Source of the DNA: an uncultured Alphaproteobacteria bacterium
Lineage (GTDB): Bacteria; Pseudomonadota; Alphaproteobacteria; Rhizobiales; Xanthobacteraceae
Length of the DNA: 64,000 nt
Assembly: GCA_963769705.1 (NCBI GenBank)
Contig: CAVYMZ010000023.1
Location: 87,481 to 151,480 of the forward strand
Reading direction: 5' to 3'
Positions 54,125 to 64,000 of this stretch are shown here, piece after piece (within the stretch, counting starts at the first letter, position 1; every line of letters begins with the position of its first letter). Below the pieces are notes generated by a model. The model ran no database searches. It worked only from the letters and a program-made list of their open reading frames with translations, and was not told where the DNA came from. A program made the position numbers and the translations under genes.

Positions 54125-54927
54125 AGTTGCGCAAGCGCCTTCGCGATCGCGCGCAGATCCTGCCACGCCAGCCGCTTGTAGGACGGCGAGCGCAACAGAT
54201 AGGCCGGGTGGAAAGTGGCGAGCGCGCGGATCACGCGGCTGCCGGTGTCGTAGTCGAACCATCGCCCGCGGGTTTTCATGATGCCCTCGCGGGTCGACAG
54301 CAAGGTTTGCGTCGAGGGATTGCCGAGGGTGACCAGCACGTCAGGGTTCACCAGTTCGATCTGGCGCTGGATGAACGGCAGGCAAATCTGGGTCTCCTGC
54401 GGCGTCGGCGTGCGGTTACCGGGCGGCCGCCAGGGAATGACGTTGGCGATGTAGGCACTGGTACGATCCAGCCCTATTGCCGCAATCATCCGGTCCAGCA
54501 ATTTGCCGGAACGTCCAACGAACGGCAGGCCCTCGATGTCTTCCTCCCGCCCGGGGGCCTCGCCGACCAACATGATGCGCGCCCGCGGGTTGCCGTCGGC
54601 AAATACCAGCCGGGTGGCGGTCGCCTTCAGCGCGCAGCCGTCGAAGTTTTCCAGCAGCGCGCGCAACGCCTCGAGCGTCGGCGCGGTCCGTGCTGCTTCC
54701 CGTGCCGACAGGATCGCGGCTTCCGGCGCTTGCGCTGCTTCGGCGCGCACGGCGGGAAGCGGGGCAGCAGCCCTGACCGGTCTCGGCGGCGCGGTTTCGC
54801 TGGCCGCCGGGATGAGCTCGGGATCGGCCAGCCGGTTGACCGGTGCTTCCGACAGCGCGCAATCGACCCCGGCCTCCAGATAAAAGGCCAGCAATTGCGA
54901 AACGGTGGGCGCGCGCTCAGGCGTCAT
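54112..54927 (-). CDS. udg: Uracil-DNA glycosylase, family 4
   Basis: VGEAPGREED..PFVGRSGKLLD, RPPGNRTP, FHPAYLLR. Confidence 0.92.
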   Translation of the reverse strand: MTPERAPTVSQLLAFYLEAGVDCALSEAPVNRLADPELIPAASETAPPRPVRAAAPLPAVRAEAAQAPEAAILSAREAARTAPTLEALRALLENFDGCALKATATRLVFADGNPRARIMLVGEAPGREEDIEGLPFVGRSGKLLDRMIAAIGLDRTSAYIANVIPWRPPGNRTPTPQETQICLPFIQRQIELVNPDVLVTLGNPSTQTLLSTREGIMKTRGRWFDYDTGSRVIRALATFHPAYLLRSPSYKRLAWQDLRAIAKALAQLSSS

Positions 54928-55079
54928 GGCGGGATGTCGGGGGCATCTGGCCATTCTAGAGTGGATCGTGCCGCAACGAAACGCCTCACCTGCGCATTTC
55001 CAAGGTTGTTCTCGGGTGAAAAAAGTGGAAACAAACGACCTGCAGAACAGAACCTTTTCAACCGGGCCGGGACCAGATC

Positions 55080-56738
55080 ATGAGCACCGAAGAACTGCCG
55101 CCGCGCGAATCCATGGAATTCGACGTTGTCATCGTTGGCGCCGGGCCGGCCGGCCTTGCCGCCGCGATCCGGCTGAAGCAGCTCAATGCCGATCTCACCA
55201 TTGTCGTAGTTGAGAAGGGCTCCGAAGTCGGCGCCCACATTCTGTCCGGCGCGGTGATCGATCCGGTATCGCTCGACAAGCTCGTTCCGGACTGGCGCGA
55301 GGACGCCGACTGCCCGCTGAAGACCCAGGTCAAGGCCGACAAATTCTACTGGATGACCAAGGGGACCGCGATCCCGCTGCCGGGCATCGCGATGCCGCCG
55401 CTGATGAACAATCATCACTGCTATATCGGCTCGCTCGGCAATGTCTGCCGCTGGCTGGCGCGCAAGGCCGAGGCACTCGGGGTCGAGATCTACCCGGGCT
55501 TTGCGGCGGTGGAAGTGCTTTACGACGACAAAGGCGCGGTGCGCGGCATCGCCACCGGCGACATGGGCATCGCCAAGGATGGCTCGCACAAATCGTCCTT
55601 TACCCGCGGCATGGAACTGTGTGGCAAATATACGCTGTTCGCCGAAGGCGCGCGCGGCAGCCTGACCAAGCAGCTGATTGCGAAACTTTCCCTCGACGCC
55701 AATAGCGAGCCGCCGAAATTCGGCATCGGGCTGAAGGAAGTCTGGCAGATCGATCCTTCGAAACACCAGAAAGGCCTGATCCAGCATTCGTTCGGCTGGC
55801 CGCTGGACAATTCGACCGGCGGCGGCTCGTTCCTCTATCACTATGACGACAATCTGGTGGCGGTCGGTTTCGTTCTGCACCTGAACTACCACGATCCGTA
55901 TCTGTCGCCGTTCGACGAATTCCAGCGCTTCAAGACCCATCCCGCGATCCGCACGCTGTTCGAAGGCGGCAAGCGGCTCGCCTATGGCGCGCGGGCCATC
56001 ACCGAGGGCGGCTATCAGTCGGTGCCGCGGCTGACATTTGCCGGCGGCGCACTGATCGGCTGCGCGGCGGGTTTCGTCAATGTGCCGCGCATCAAGGGCG
56101 TGCATAACGCGGTCGGCAGCGGCATGCTCGCCGCCGAGCATGTCGCGGCCGCGCTCGGCGCGGGCCGCGCCAACGATGAGCTGCTCGAGTACGAGAACAG
56201 CTGGCGCGATTCGGCGGTTGGCAAGGATCTGTACCGCGTCCGCAACGTCAAACCGCTGTGGTCGAAGTTCGGCACCGTGATCGGCGTGATGCTCGGCGGT
56301 ATCGACATGTGGTGCAACACGCTCGGCTTCTCGCTGTTCGGGACCCAGTCGCACGGCAAGCCCGACCGCAAGACGCTCGATCCGGCCAAAGCGCACGCGC
56401 CGATCGCGCCGCCGAAGCCGGACGGCAAGCTCACCTTCGACCGGCTGTCGTCGGTATTCCTTTCCAACACCAATCACGAAGAGGACCAGCCGGTTCATCT
56501 GAAGGTTGCCGACCTCAACCTGCAGAAAACCTCGGAGCACGATGTCTTTGCGGGCCCGTCCAACCGTTATTGTCCGGCAGGCGTCTACGAATGGGTCGAG
56601 GAGGCCGCCGGTCCGCGCTTCGTCATCAACGCCCAGAATTGCGTCCACTGCAAAACCTGCGACGTGAAGGACCCTAACGGCAATATCACCTGGGTTCCAC
56701 CAGAGGGCGGCGGCGGTCCGAATTACGAGGCGATGTGA
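55080..56738 (+). CDS. Electron transfer flavoprotein-ubiquinone oxidoreductase
   Basis: GAGPAG, EKGSEVGAHILSGA, YCPAGVYE, NCVHCKTC, PEGGGGPNY. Confidence 0.95.
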   Translation: MSTEELPPRESMEFDVVIVGAGPAGLAAAIRLKQLNADLTIVVVEKGSEVGAHILSGAVIDPVSLDKLVPDWREDADCPLKTQVKADKFYWMTKGTAIPLPGIAMPPLMNNHHCYIGSLGNVCRWLARKAEALGVEIYPGFAAVEVLYDDKGAVRGIATGDMGIAKDGSHKSSFTRGMELCGKYTLFAEGARGSLTKQLIAKLSLDANSEPPKFGIGLKEVWQIDPSKHQKGLIQHSFGWPLDNSTGGGSFLYHYDDNLVAVGFVLHLNYHDPYLSPFDEFQRFKTHPAIRTLFEGGKRLAYGARAITEGGYQSVPRLTFAGGALIGCAAGFVNVPRIKGVHNAVGSGMLAAEHVAAALGAGRANDELLEYENSWRDSAVGKDLYRVRNVKPLWSKFGTVIGVMLGGIDMWCNTLGFSLFGTQSHGKPDRKTLDPAKAHAPIAPPKPDGKLTFDRLSSVFLSNTNHEEDQPVHLKVADLNLQKTSEHDVFAGPSNRYCPAGVYEWVEEAAGPRFVINAQNCVHCKTCDVKDPNGNITWVPPEGGGGPNYEAM

Positions 56739-56989
56739 CCACGATTGCGTGAGCGGTCTGTTGCGGGCAGCGGACCCGGCCACGATACGGCCACACTGGA
56801 AGCGTTTTGAGGCAGCCGGCGGCTGTCTGGGCGTTCGTGCCGATCGATTCGTCATCCCGTATCCTTGCGGTTGAACGCCAAACGCGGCATTGTCAGCGGG
56901 CTTGATGCTGCCGGTTGGGCTCGCATTCGAGAATGATCGCAAGATCTTGCCGTAATTTCCTGGAGCTCTGGAGCTAAAGGCGACCCCCG

Positions 56990-58772
56990 ATGTTTTCCAC
57001 CCGTTTCAATCGCTGGGCGATTGCCGCCTTCGCCTTCACCGCGCTTGCCGTGCCGGGCTCGCTTTCGGCGCAGACGCCCGATCATCCGGCCGACAACTCG
57101 GCCCAGTTTCCGTCCGCCCATGATATGAAGTCGCTGACGATGTCCGGCAGCTATCTGGCGGCCCGGCATGCCAGTGTGGAACGGGATTCCGCTGCTGCTG
57201 CGGCATTCTACCGCTCGGCGCTTCGCATCGATCCGAAGAACAACGAGCTGTTGGACCGCGCCTTCATTTCCTCGCTGGCGGACGGCAACATCGACGAGGC
57301 CGTCAGGCTCGCCGAGCGGATTCTGACGATCGACAAATCCAATCGCGTTGCCCGGCTGGTGATCGGCGTTCACGATCTGAAGCTGAAGAAATACGCAGCG
57401 GCGCAGTCGAACATCAATCAGTCGATACGCGGACCGATCACGGACCTGGTCGCAACGCTGCTGTCGGGCTGGGCCAGTTACGGCGCCGGCGACAGCAAGG
57501 CGGCGGTCGCCAATATCGACAAGCTGACCGGTCCGGAATGGTATCCGATCTTCAAGGATCTGCATTCCGCCATGATCCTCGAGCTCGCGGGCAAGGAAAA
57601 GGACGCCGGCGTGCGGCTGGAGCGGGCCTACAAGCTCGATGACAGCATGCTGCGCGTGGCCGACGATTACGCGCGCTGGCTGACCCGCAACAAGGACGAT
57701 GCTGCGGCGACCGCGATCTATGAAGCCTTCGACAAGAAACTGCCGCGGCATCCGCTGGTTCTGGAAGGTCTGCGCGAAACCAGGGCCGGCAGGAAGCTGC
57801 CGCCGCTGGTCGAATTCGGCGCAGGCCGGCGCCGCCGAGGCGCTGTACGGCATCGGCGCGACGCTGACGCGCCGCGGCGGCGAGGATCTCGCGCTGGTCT
57901 ATCTGCAGCTCGCGCTGTACCTCGCGCCCAATCATCCGCTGGCGCTGTTGTCGCTGGCCGATCTCTATGAGTCGGTGAAGAAGCCGCAGATGGCGATCAA
58001 GGTCTACGAGCGCATGCCGGCGAGTTCGGTGCTGAAGCGCAATGCGCAGATTCAGCTCGCGACCGATCTCGATGCCGCCGATCGCAGCGACGAGGCGATC
58101 AAGATCCTGAAAGGTGTCACGGCGCAGGATCCGAAGGATATCGAAGCCATCATGGCGCTCGGCAACATCGAGCGCGGCCGCAAGAAATTCGCCGACTGCG
58201 CCAAATCCTACTCGCAGGGCATCGCCGCGATGCCGGATCCCAACGCGAAGAACAACTGGGTCTATTATTACTACCGCGGCATCTGCGAGGAGCGCTCCAA
58301 GCAGTGGAACAAGGCCGAACCCGACATGCGCAAGGCGCTCGAGCTGCAGCCCGAGCAGCCGCACGTGCTGAACTATCTCGGCTATTCGTGGATTGATCAG
58401 GGCATCAATCTCGACGAGGGCATGAAGATGATCAAGCGCGCCGTCGAGCAGCGCCCGGACGACGGCTACATCGTGGACTCGCTGGGCTGGGCCTATTACC
58501 GCATCGGCAATTATGACGATGCGGTGAAGAATCTCGAGCGCGCGATCGATCTCAAGCCCGAGGATCCGACCATCAACGACCATCTCGGCGACGCCTATTG
58601 GCGCATCGGCCGCACGCTGGAGGCGAAATTCCAGTGGGCTCACGCCCGCGACCTCAAGCCCGAGCCGGACGACCTGCCGAAGATCGAGGCCAAGATCCAG
58701 AACGGGCTCCCCGACGACACTTCCTCGGCAGCCTCCGCGGACAAGAAAAAAGAAGACGGCAAGGGCGGCTGA
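56990..58772 (+). CDS. Exported tetratricopeptide repeat protein (frameshift near 57815)
   Basis: Signal peptide; LNYLGYSW, YIVDSLGWAYY, INDHLGDAYW; precedes ispE. Confidence 0.85.
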
Positions 58773-58816
58773 TCGCAAGGTTTGATCACAAGGTTTGATC
58801 GAGGGGCTGATCGCCA

Positions 58817-59701
58817 ATGGGGGCGCTGATCGAGGATGCGCGTGCCAAGGTCAATCTTACCTTGCGGGTGGTTGGACGCCGCGTCGACGGCTATCACGAG
58901 CTCGAAAGCGTGGTCGCTTTCGCCGATTGTGCCGACCGCCTGAGCCTGACGGCCGGGTCGGAACTGCATCTGGCGACCACCGGGCCGCTGGCGGAAGCCT
59001 GCGGCGAGGCATCAGACAATCTCGTGTTCAAGGCCGCGCGGCTACTCTGCGAACAGGTGCCGGGCCTCACGCGCGGCCAGTTCATTCTCGACAAGGTGCT
59101 GCCGGTCGCGGCCGGAATTGGCGGCGGATCGGCTGATGCCGCCGCGGCGCTGCGGCTCCTGGCGCGGGCGAACAATCTTGCGATCGACGATCCCCGCCTG
59201 ATCGAGGTCGCGCGACTGACGGGCGCCGACGTGCCGGTTTGCCTGGCATCGCGCGCCTGCGTCATGACCGGCGTCGGCGAAACGCTGCTGCCGCTGGCAA
59301 TGCCGAAAATGCCCTGCGTGATGGTCAATCCACGCGTTCCCGTGGCGACGAAGGACGTGTTTGCGGCGCTCGGCCTGCGCAACGGCGAATTGCTGGTGGG
59401 GGCCTCCGACGTGATCGAGGCGACTGGCTGGCCGGAAGCCGGAGCGTCGCTGGAAGACTGGGTTGAAGCGCTCGCCGCCGGTTCCAACGATCTGGAGGCC
59501 CCGGCCACACGCATTCAGCCCGTGATCGGCGAGGTGCTTTCGGCGCTCAGCGCCACCAACGGGGCCTGGCTGGCGCGGATGTCGGGATCGGGCGCAACCT
59601 GCTTTGCAATCTATGAGAATACCGCCGAGGCCGGGCGCGCGGCGCAGAAAATCCGGCTCGATCACCCCCAGTGGTGGGTGCATACAGGAACGCTGAGCTG
59701 A
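58817..59701 (+). CDS. ispE: 4-diphosphocytidyl-2-C-methyl-D-erythritol kinase
   Basis: AKVNLTL..DGYHELES, PVAAGIGGGSADAA, GADVPVC, MSGSGATCF. Confidence 0.95.
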   Translation: MGALIEDARAKVNLTLRVVGRRVDGYHELESVVAFADCADRLSLTAGSELHLATTGPLAEACGEASDNLVFKAARLLCEQVPGLTRGQFILDKVLPVAAGIGGGSADAAAALRLLARANNLAIDDPRLIEVARLTGADVPVCLASRACVMTGVGETLLPLAMPKMPCVMVNPRVPVATKDVFAALGLRNGELLVGASDVIEATGWPEAGASLEDWVEALAAGSNDLEAPATRIQPVIGEVLSALSATNGAWLARMSGSGATCFAIYENTAEAGRAAQKIRLDHPQWWVHTGTLS

Positions 59702-59737
59702 CGCCAGAGCTCGTCCTTGCGAGGATGCGAAGCGCAG

Positions 59738-60748
59738 CTAATACGACCGTGCCAGACAGAACGCCACCACCTGCTCGAGCGCGGTCTTCATCGGCGAAGC
59801 CGGAAACAGCGCCAGCGCGTCGACCGCCATCGCGCCGTAATGCTGGGCGCGGTTGATGGTGTCCTCCAGCGCGCGGTGTTTTGTCATGAGCCCGATCGCA
59901 TGGTCGAGGTCGCCCTCGCCGATCTCGCCGCGCTCCAGCGCCTTGACCCAGAACGCGCGTTCGCTGTCGTTGCCGCGGCGGAACGCCAGCACGACCGGCA
60001 GCGTGATCTTGCCCTCGCGGAAATCGTCGCCGATGTTCTTGCCGAGTTTTGCAGCTTTGCCGCCGTAATCCAGCACGTCGTCGACCAATTGGAAGGCGAT
60101 GCCGAGATTCATGCCGACGGAGCGGCAGGCGGTCTGTTCGGCCTTCGGACGATTGGCGATGACGGGACCGACTTCGCAGGCGGCTGCGAACAATTCGGCC
60201 GTCTTGCCGCGGATCACGGCGAGATATTCGTCCTCGGTGGTCGCGGTGTTCTTCGCCGCCGCAAGCTGCATCACCTCGCCCTCGGCGATGGTTGCCGCGG
60301 CAGATGACAAGATGTCGAGCGCGCGCAGCGAGCCGACTTCGACCATCATGCGAAAGGCCTGGCCGAGCAGGAAGTCGCCGACGAGAACGCTGGCCTCGTT
60401 GCCCCACAGCATGCGCGCCGACAGCTTGCCGCGCCGCAATTCGCTTTCGTCGACCACGTCGTCATGCAGAAGCGTGGCGGTATGCATGAACTCGACGGAA
60501 GCGGCGAGCTTGATATGGCCGTCGCCGGTGTAGCCGGAGAGACCGGCCATCGCCAGCGTCAGCATCGGGCGCAGCCTTTTCCCGCCCGAGGAGATCAGGT
60601 GATTGGCGACCTCGGGGATCATGGCGACTTCCGAGCCCGTCCGCGACAGGATCGTGGCGTTGACGCGCTCCATATCGGGAGCGACAAGCGCGACCAGCTC
60701 GTCTATCGAAGCGCTTGCCGGGCTCTCGAAGGGTACAATAACCGCCAC
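59738..60748 (-). CDS. ispB: Polyprenyl diphosphate synthase
   Basis: GGKRLRP, LHDDVVD..RRG, FQLVDDVLD. Confidence 0.9.
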   Translation of the reverse strand: MAVIVPFESPASASIDELVALVAPDMERVNATILSRTGSEVAMIPEVANHLISSGGKRLRPMLTLAMAGLSGYTGDGHIKLAASVEFMHTATLLHDDVVDESELRRGKLSARMLWGNEASVLVGDFLLGQAFRMMVEVGSLRALDILSSAAATIAEGEVMQLAAAKNTATTEDEYLAVIRGKTAELFAAACEVGPVIANRPKAEQTACRSVGMNLGIAFQLVDDVLDYGGKAAKLGKNIGDDFREGKITLPVVLAFRRGNDSERAFWVKALERGEIGEGDLDHAIGLMTKHRALEDTINRAQHYGAMAVDALALFPASPMKTALEQVVAFCLARSY

Positions 60749-60884
60749 GCTGGTCTCCACTTTTGCGCAATTCGCACTATTCTCAGACATGACAATAGAA
60801 AGAGCCGGGGAATGCGGCAAGGGCACGATGCGGTTGACAAACCTCGCGCGACCTTATGGCGGGGCCGACAAAGGAGTGCCGAAG

Positions 60885-61112
60885 TTGCGGGAATTGGTTC
60901 GAACCAACGACATGGTGCTGGTTTCGGCGGTCGGAGCGCTGCTGGATGGCGCGAATATCCATCATCTGGTCCTGGATCAGAATATGAGCGTCATCGAAGG
61001 CTCGCTCGGGGTGCTGCCGCGCCGGATCCTGGTCCATGAGGACGATAACCGGCAGGCGCGCCAGATTTTGCGTGACGCGGGTCTCGCCCACGAATTGCGG
61101 GCCGATGATTGA
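60885..61112 (+). CDS. DUF2007 domain protein
   Basis: RELVRTND..LDQNMSVIEGSLGVLPRRILV; TTG start. Confidence 0.75.
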   Translation: MRELVRTNDMVLVSAVGALLDGANIHHLVLDQNMSVIEGSLGVLPRRILVHEDDNRQARQILRDAGLAHELRADD

Positions 61113-61869
61113 TTCCGGCCAATGCACCGAGGACGCATTTCTTGGCGGCCAATTGCGTCTGCGGCAACCGAAATCGGGTCACCGCGCCGGCCATGACGCC
61201 ATGCTGCTGGCCGCGGCGACGGCTGCGCGTCCAGGCGACCGGGTGGTCGATTTCGGCGCCGGCGTCGGCGCCGCCGGTCTGGCGCTCGCCAAACGGGTGG
61301 CGGAAATCAGGCTCGTGCTGGTCGAGATTGATGCGGCGCTGGCTGGCCTGGCGCGCGACAACGCCGCCGCCAACGCGATTACCGCCGATGTTGTCGTGCT
61401 CGACGTTACCTCCGAAGTCGGCGCCTTTGCCGCCGCGGGTCTGCCCCCCGACAGCGTCGACGTCGTGCTGATGAATCCGCCTTTCAATGATTCCGCGCGG
61501 CACCGCGCCTCGCCCGACAAGGCTCGCCTGTCAGCGCATGTCGCGACCGCTGCGACGCTGGAGAACTGGGTTCACGCCAGCCGCCGAATCCTGAAATCCG
61601 GCGGCGTCCTCACTTTGATCTGGCGCGCCGACGGCATTGCTGACGTGCTGGCGGCGCTCAATCGCGGCTTTGGCAGCCTCAAAATTCTGCCGGTTCATGG
61701 TGATCCGACGATGCCGGCCAATCGCGTGCTGGTTCGCGCCAGCAAGGGCGGCAAGGCGCCGACCCAAATCCACCCCGCGTTGATGCTCAATGAAGAGTCG
61801 ACCGTGCCCAATAAATGGGTTCAGGAGATTCTGGCCGGGAAAGGGGTATTGCCGTTGGCAAAACCCTAG
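61105..61869 (+). CDS. tRNA1(Val) A37 N6-methyltransferase-like SAM methyltransferase
   Basis: QPKSGHRAGHDAMLLA, DFGAGVG, MNPPF. Confidence 0.85.
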   Translation: MIDSGQCTEDAFLGGQLRLRQPKSGHRAGHDAMLLAAATAARPGDRVVDFGAGVGAAGLALAKRVAEIRLVLVEIDAALAGLARDNAAANAITADVVVLDVTSEVGAFAAAGLPPDSVDVVLMNPPFNDSARHRASPDKARLSAHVATAATLENWVHASRRILKSGGVLTLIWRADGIADVLAALNRGFGSLKILPVHGDPTMPANRVLVRASKGGKAPTQIHPALMLNEESTVPNKWVQEILAGKGVLPLAKP

Positions 61870-62115
61870 AGGCCACCCCAATCGCTTAAGGTTGCGAGCG
61901 GAACGGCTATTGCGGCAGCGTTTTCGACCGCTGTTCTGGCGCCGAAGTGAAGTGAATCGCGGCCAAAAGAGTACCGATCAGCACCACCAGCAGGTAGATT
62001 TTCATGACTTTCTCCGCTGCGGCAATGCAGCTTCACTACAGCCGAGATGCAAAAGGCGTTCCATCGGTTCAACGACAAGGGTGTGATAAGAAATGGTTAA
62101 TTTTGAGGTAACGGC

Positions 62116-63027
62116 ATGACCGATCAAAGCGGCGATCGCGGGGGCCGGCCGGGCCTGCTAGACAAGTTGATGGAATGGATTCCGGCACGGCTGCGTCCCG
62201 GGACTGCGGTCGTACCGGTGGTGCGGCTGTCCGGCGTGATCGGTGCGGTGACGCCGCTGCGGCCGGGCATGTCGCTGGCCGGGGTCGCCAAGACGCTGGA
62301 GCGCGCGTTTGCGACCAGGCATGCCAAGGCCGTCGCGCTGGTGATCAATTCGCCGGGCGGTTCGCCGGTGCAGTCGCGCCAGATTTACCTGCGGATCAGG
62401 CAGCTCGCGGCCGAAAAGAACCTGCCGGTGCTGGTGTTCGTGGAAGATGTCGCGGCGTCCGGCGGCTACATGATCGCCTGTGCGGGCGATGAAATCATCT
62501 GCGATCCGTCGTCGATCCTGGGCTCGATCGGGGTGGTCGGGGGCACCTTCGGATTTCAGGAATTGATCAAGAAAGTGGGAGTCGAGCGGCGCCTGTACAC
62601 CGCCGGCGAGCACAAGGCGATGCTTGATCCGTTCCTGCCCGAAAACCCGGACGATGTCGCGCGCGTCAAGGCACTTCAGCGCGAGATCCATGCGATCTTC
62701 ATTGCGCTCGTCAAACAAAGCCGCGGAACTCGTCTCAAGGGCAATGACGACGTTTTGTTCACCGGCGAATATTGGGCGGGAGAAACGTCTGTCTCGCTCG
62801 GCCTGGCGGACGCGATCGGCGACCTGCGGTCGACGCTGCGTGCCCGCTATGGCGACAAGGTCCGGACGCCGGTGGTCGCGCCCGCAACGGGGCTGTTATC
62901 CGGCCTGCTGGGCCGGAAATCGGCCGGTGCGGGAACGCTGGTATCGCTGGACGGCGTCGCAGGTCTGCCCGAGGAGCTGATTTCCGCGCTGGAAACCAGG
63001 GCAATTTGGGCCAAATTCGGGTTTTGA
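62116..63027 (+). CDS. S49 family peptidase (SppA/SohB-like)
   Basis: INSPGGSP, DVAASGGY, GSIGV. Confidence 0.9.
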   Translation: MTDQSGDRGGRPGLLDKLMEWIPARLRPGTAVVPVVRLSGVIGAVTPLRPGMSLAGVAKTLERAFATRHAKAVALVINSPGGSPVQSRQIYLRIRQLAAEKNLPVLVFVEDVAASGGYMIACAGDEIICDPSSILGSIGVVGGTFGFQELIKKVGVERRLYTAGEHKAMLDPFLPENPDDVARVKALQREIHAIFIALVKQSRGTRLKGNDDVLFTGEYWAGETSVSLGLADAIGDLRSTLRARYGDKVRTPVVAPATGLLSGLLGRKSAGAGTLVSLDGVAGLPEELISALETRAIWAKFGF

Positions 63028-63135
63028 GGGCGGTTGGCCCGCGCCATTTGGTCCCGGGCAAAGCGATTGCAGGCCGGTCCGGCTTGCGCGAGAATGCATG
63101 GAGGGGCGTGACGAATGAACGACAAGGATCGAAAG

Positions 63136-63327
63136 ATGCCGCCGCTGATCGCAATTGCGGGCGCCCTGGGTGGGCTGGCCGTGGTCCGCTGGGCCTACCG
63201 CACAGCCCTGCGGGTGAACAGAGAACTGGAAGAGGCGCGCCTCGCACGGGTCGCCGAGGCTGCGCGCGCCGGCGATATTCCGACGCTGCGGCGTGACCCC
63301 AACACCGGCGCTTATCGCCCGGGCTGA
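63136..63327 (+). CDS. Small conserved hypothetical protein
   Basis: MPPLIAIAGALGGLAVVRW..PTLRRDPNTGAYRPG. Confidence 0.65.
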   Translation: MPPLIAIAGALGGLAVVRWAYRTALRVNRELEEARLARVAEAARAGDIPTLRRDPNTGAYRPG

Positions 63328-63731
63328 TCGCCTTTACGGGTAGCGGCTGAAATACTTGCGCCGGCCTCGGGATGGGGCATCACCCCTGAGGACCGGCGGG
63401 CAAGCCTGGAGGTAGTTCGTCTTATCGGACGAACCCGGTTTTCGTGGCTCACATTGCAATCGAGAGAGATCACGAACGGGAGAGCCGGACTTCGAAAGGC
63501 TGACCAGCCCTCCGAAGTTCCGCCGTGGTAGGCCTCAATTGCTAACGAGCCACTGCCGAGCGGCACCGCATGGCAGCGCTGGTTAGCGGTGCATCTCCCC
63601 AATACGATGCAATTGTTGCGATTGGCGGTATTTTCGCGGCGAATCCCGCGTCTCATTGCCTTGATTCCCGGTCCCCCCGCCGATACGGTCCCGCGCGCTT
63701 GCGCCCTCTTCAGCAAAGACCTGACTCGACG

Positions 63732-64000
63732 ATGGAATCGCTACCTCCGCACATGCGCCCGGAACGCTCGTTCCAGGGCTTCATCCTCGCGCTGCAGCGG
63801 TTCTGGGCCGATCAGGGCTGCGTGATCCTGCAGCCCTACGACATGGAAATGGGAGCGGCCACTTTTCATCCGGCGACCACGCTGCGCGCGCTCGGGCCAA
63901 AACCGTGGAAGGCCGCCTATGTGCAGCCGTCGCGGCGGCCGAAGGACGGCCGCTATGGCGAGAACCCCAACCGGTTGCAGCACTATTACCAGTTTCAGGT
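63732..64000 (+). CDS. glyQ: Glycine--tRNA ligase alpha subunit (runs off the window end)
   Basis: Manual translation: [73 protein letters not shown]. Confidence 0.95.
   Translation, partial: MESLPPHMRPERSFQGFILALQRFWADQGCVILQPYDMEMGAATFHPATTLRALGPKPWKAAYVQPSRRPKDGRYGENPNRLQHYYQFQ

Noticed and set aside
62097-62112. CtrA-like box TTAA-N7-GTAAC before the S49 peptidase
   Set aside because: One mismatch and it overlaps the ribosome-binding site; could easily be chance
63440-63540. Glycine riboswitch upstream of glyQ
   Set aside because: Has GGAGAG and CCGAAG but lacks the CTC(T)CAGG element and tandem aptamer layout

Overview
High-GC alphaproteobacterial chromosomal segment, very probably Bradyrhizobiaceae: it has a fused cytochrome b/c1 gene (fbcH), fused trpE(G), ccrM and typical intergenic repeats. 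Most of it is housekeeping: a MoxR/DUF58/BatA-DUF4159 cluster, cca, hemF, queE/queD, trmL, petA-fbcH, trpL-trpE(G), apt, lemA-htpX, smc, dsbA, dciA, mutY, ccrM, moaB, rnhB, udg, ETF-QO, ispE, ispB and glyQ. Apparent accessory inserts are a higBA toxin-antitoxin pair, an orphan NodU/CmcH-family carbamoyltransferase, and a 6.2 kb block of phosphoketolase + a 642 aa PhoU/DUF47-like protein + a PPDK-like protein with no pyruvate-binding domain. That block is the best candidate for an undescribed phosphotransfer system. Non-coding highlights are a ~500 nt highly base-paired element (38.56-39.09 kb), several palindromic repeat families, a trp attenuator with an unannotated WW leader peptide, a LexA box, and a CtrA box with a GANTC cluster at ccrM. 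Many core genes carry apparent single-base frameshifts, mostly in the first 33 kb; these are most likely sequencing/assembly errors. No rRNA, tRNA, CRISPR array or transposase was seen. All product calls come from motif recognition, not database searches.
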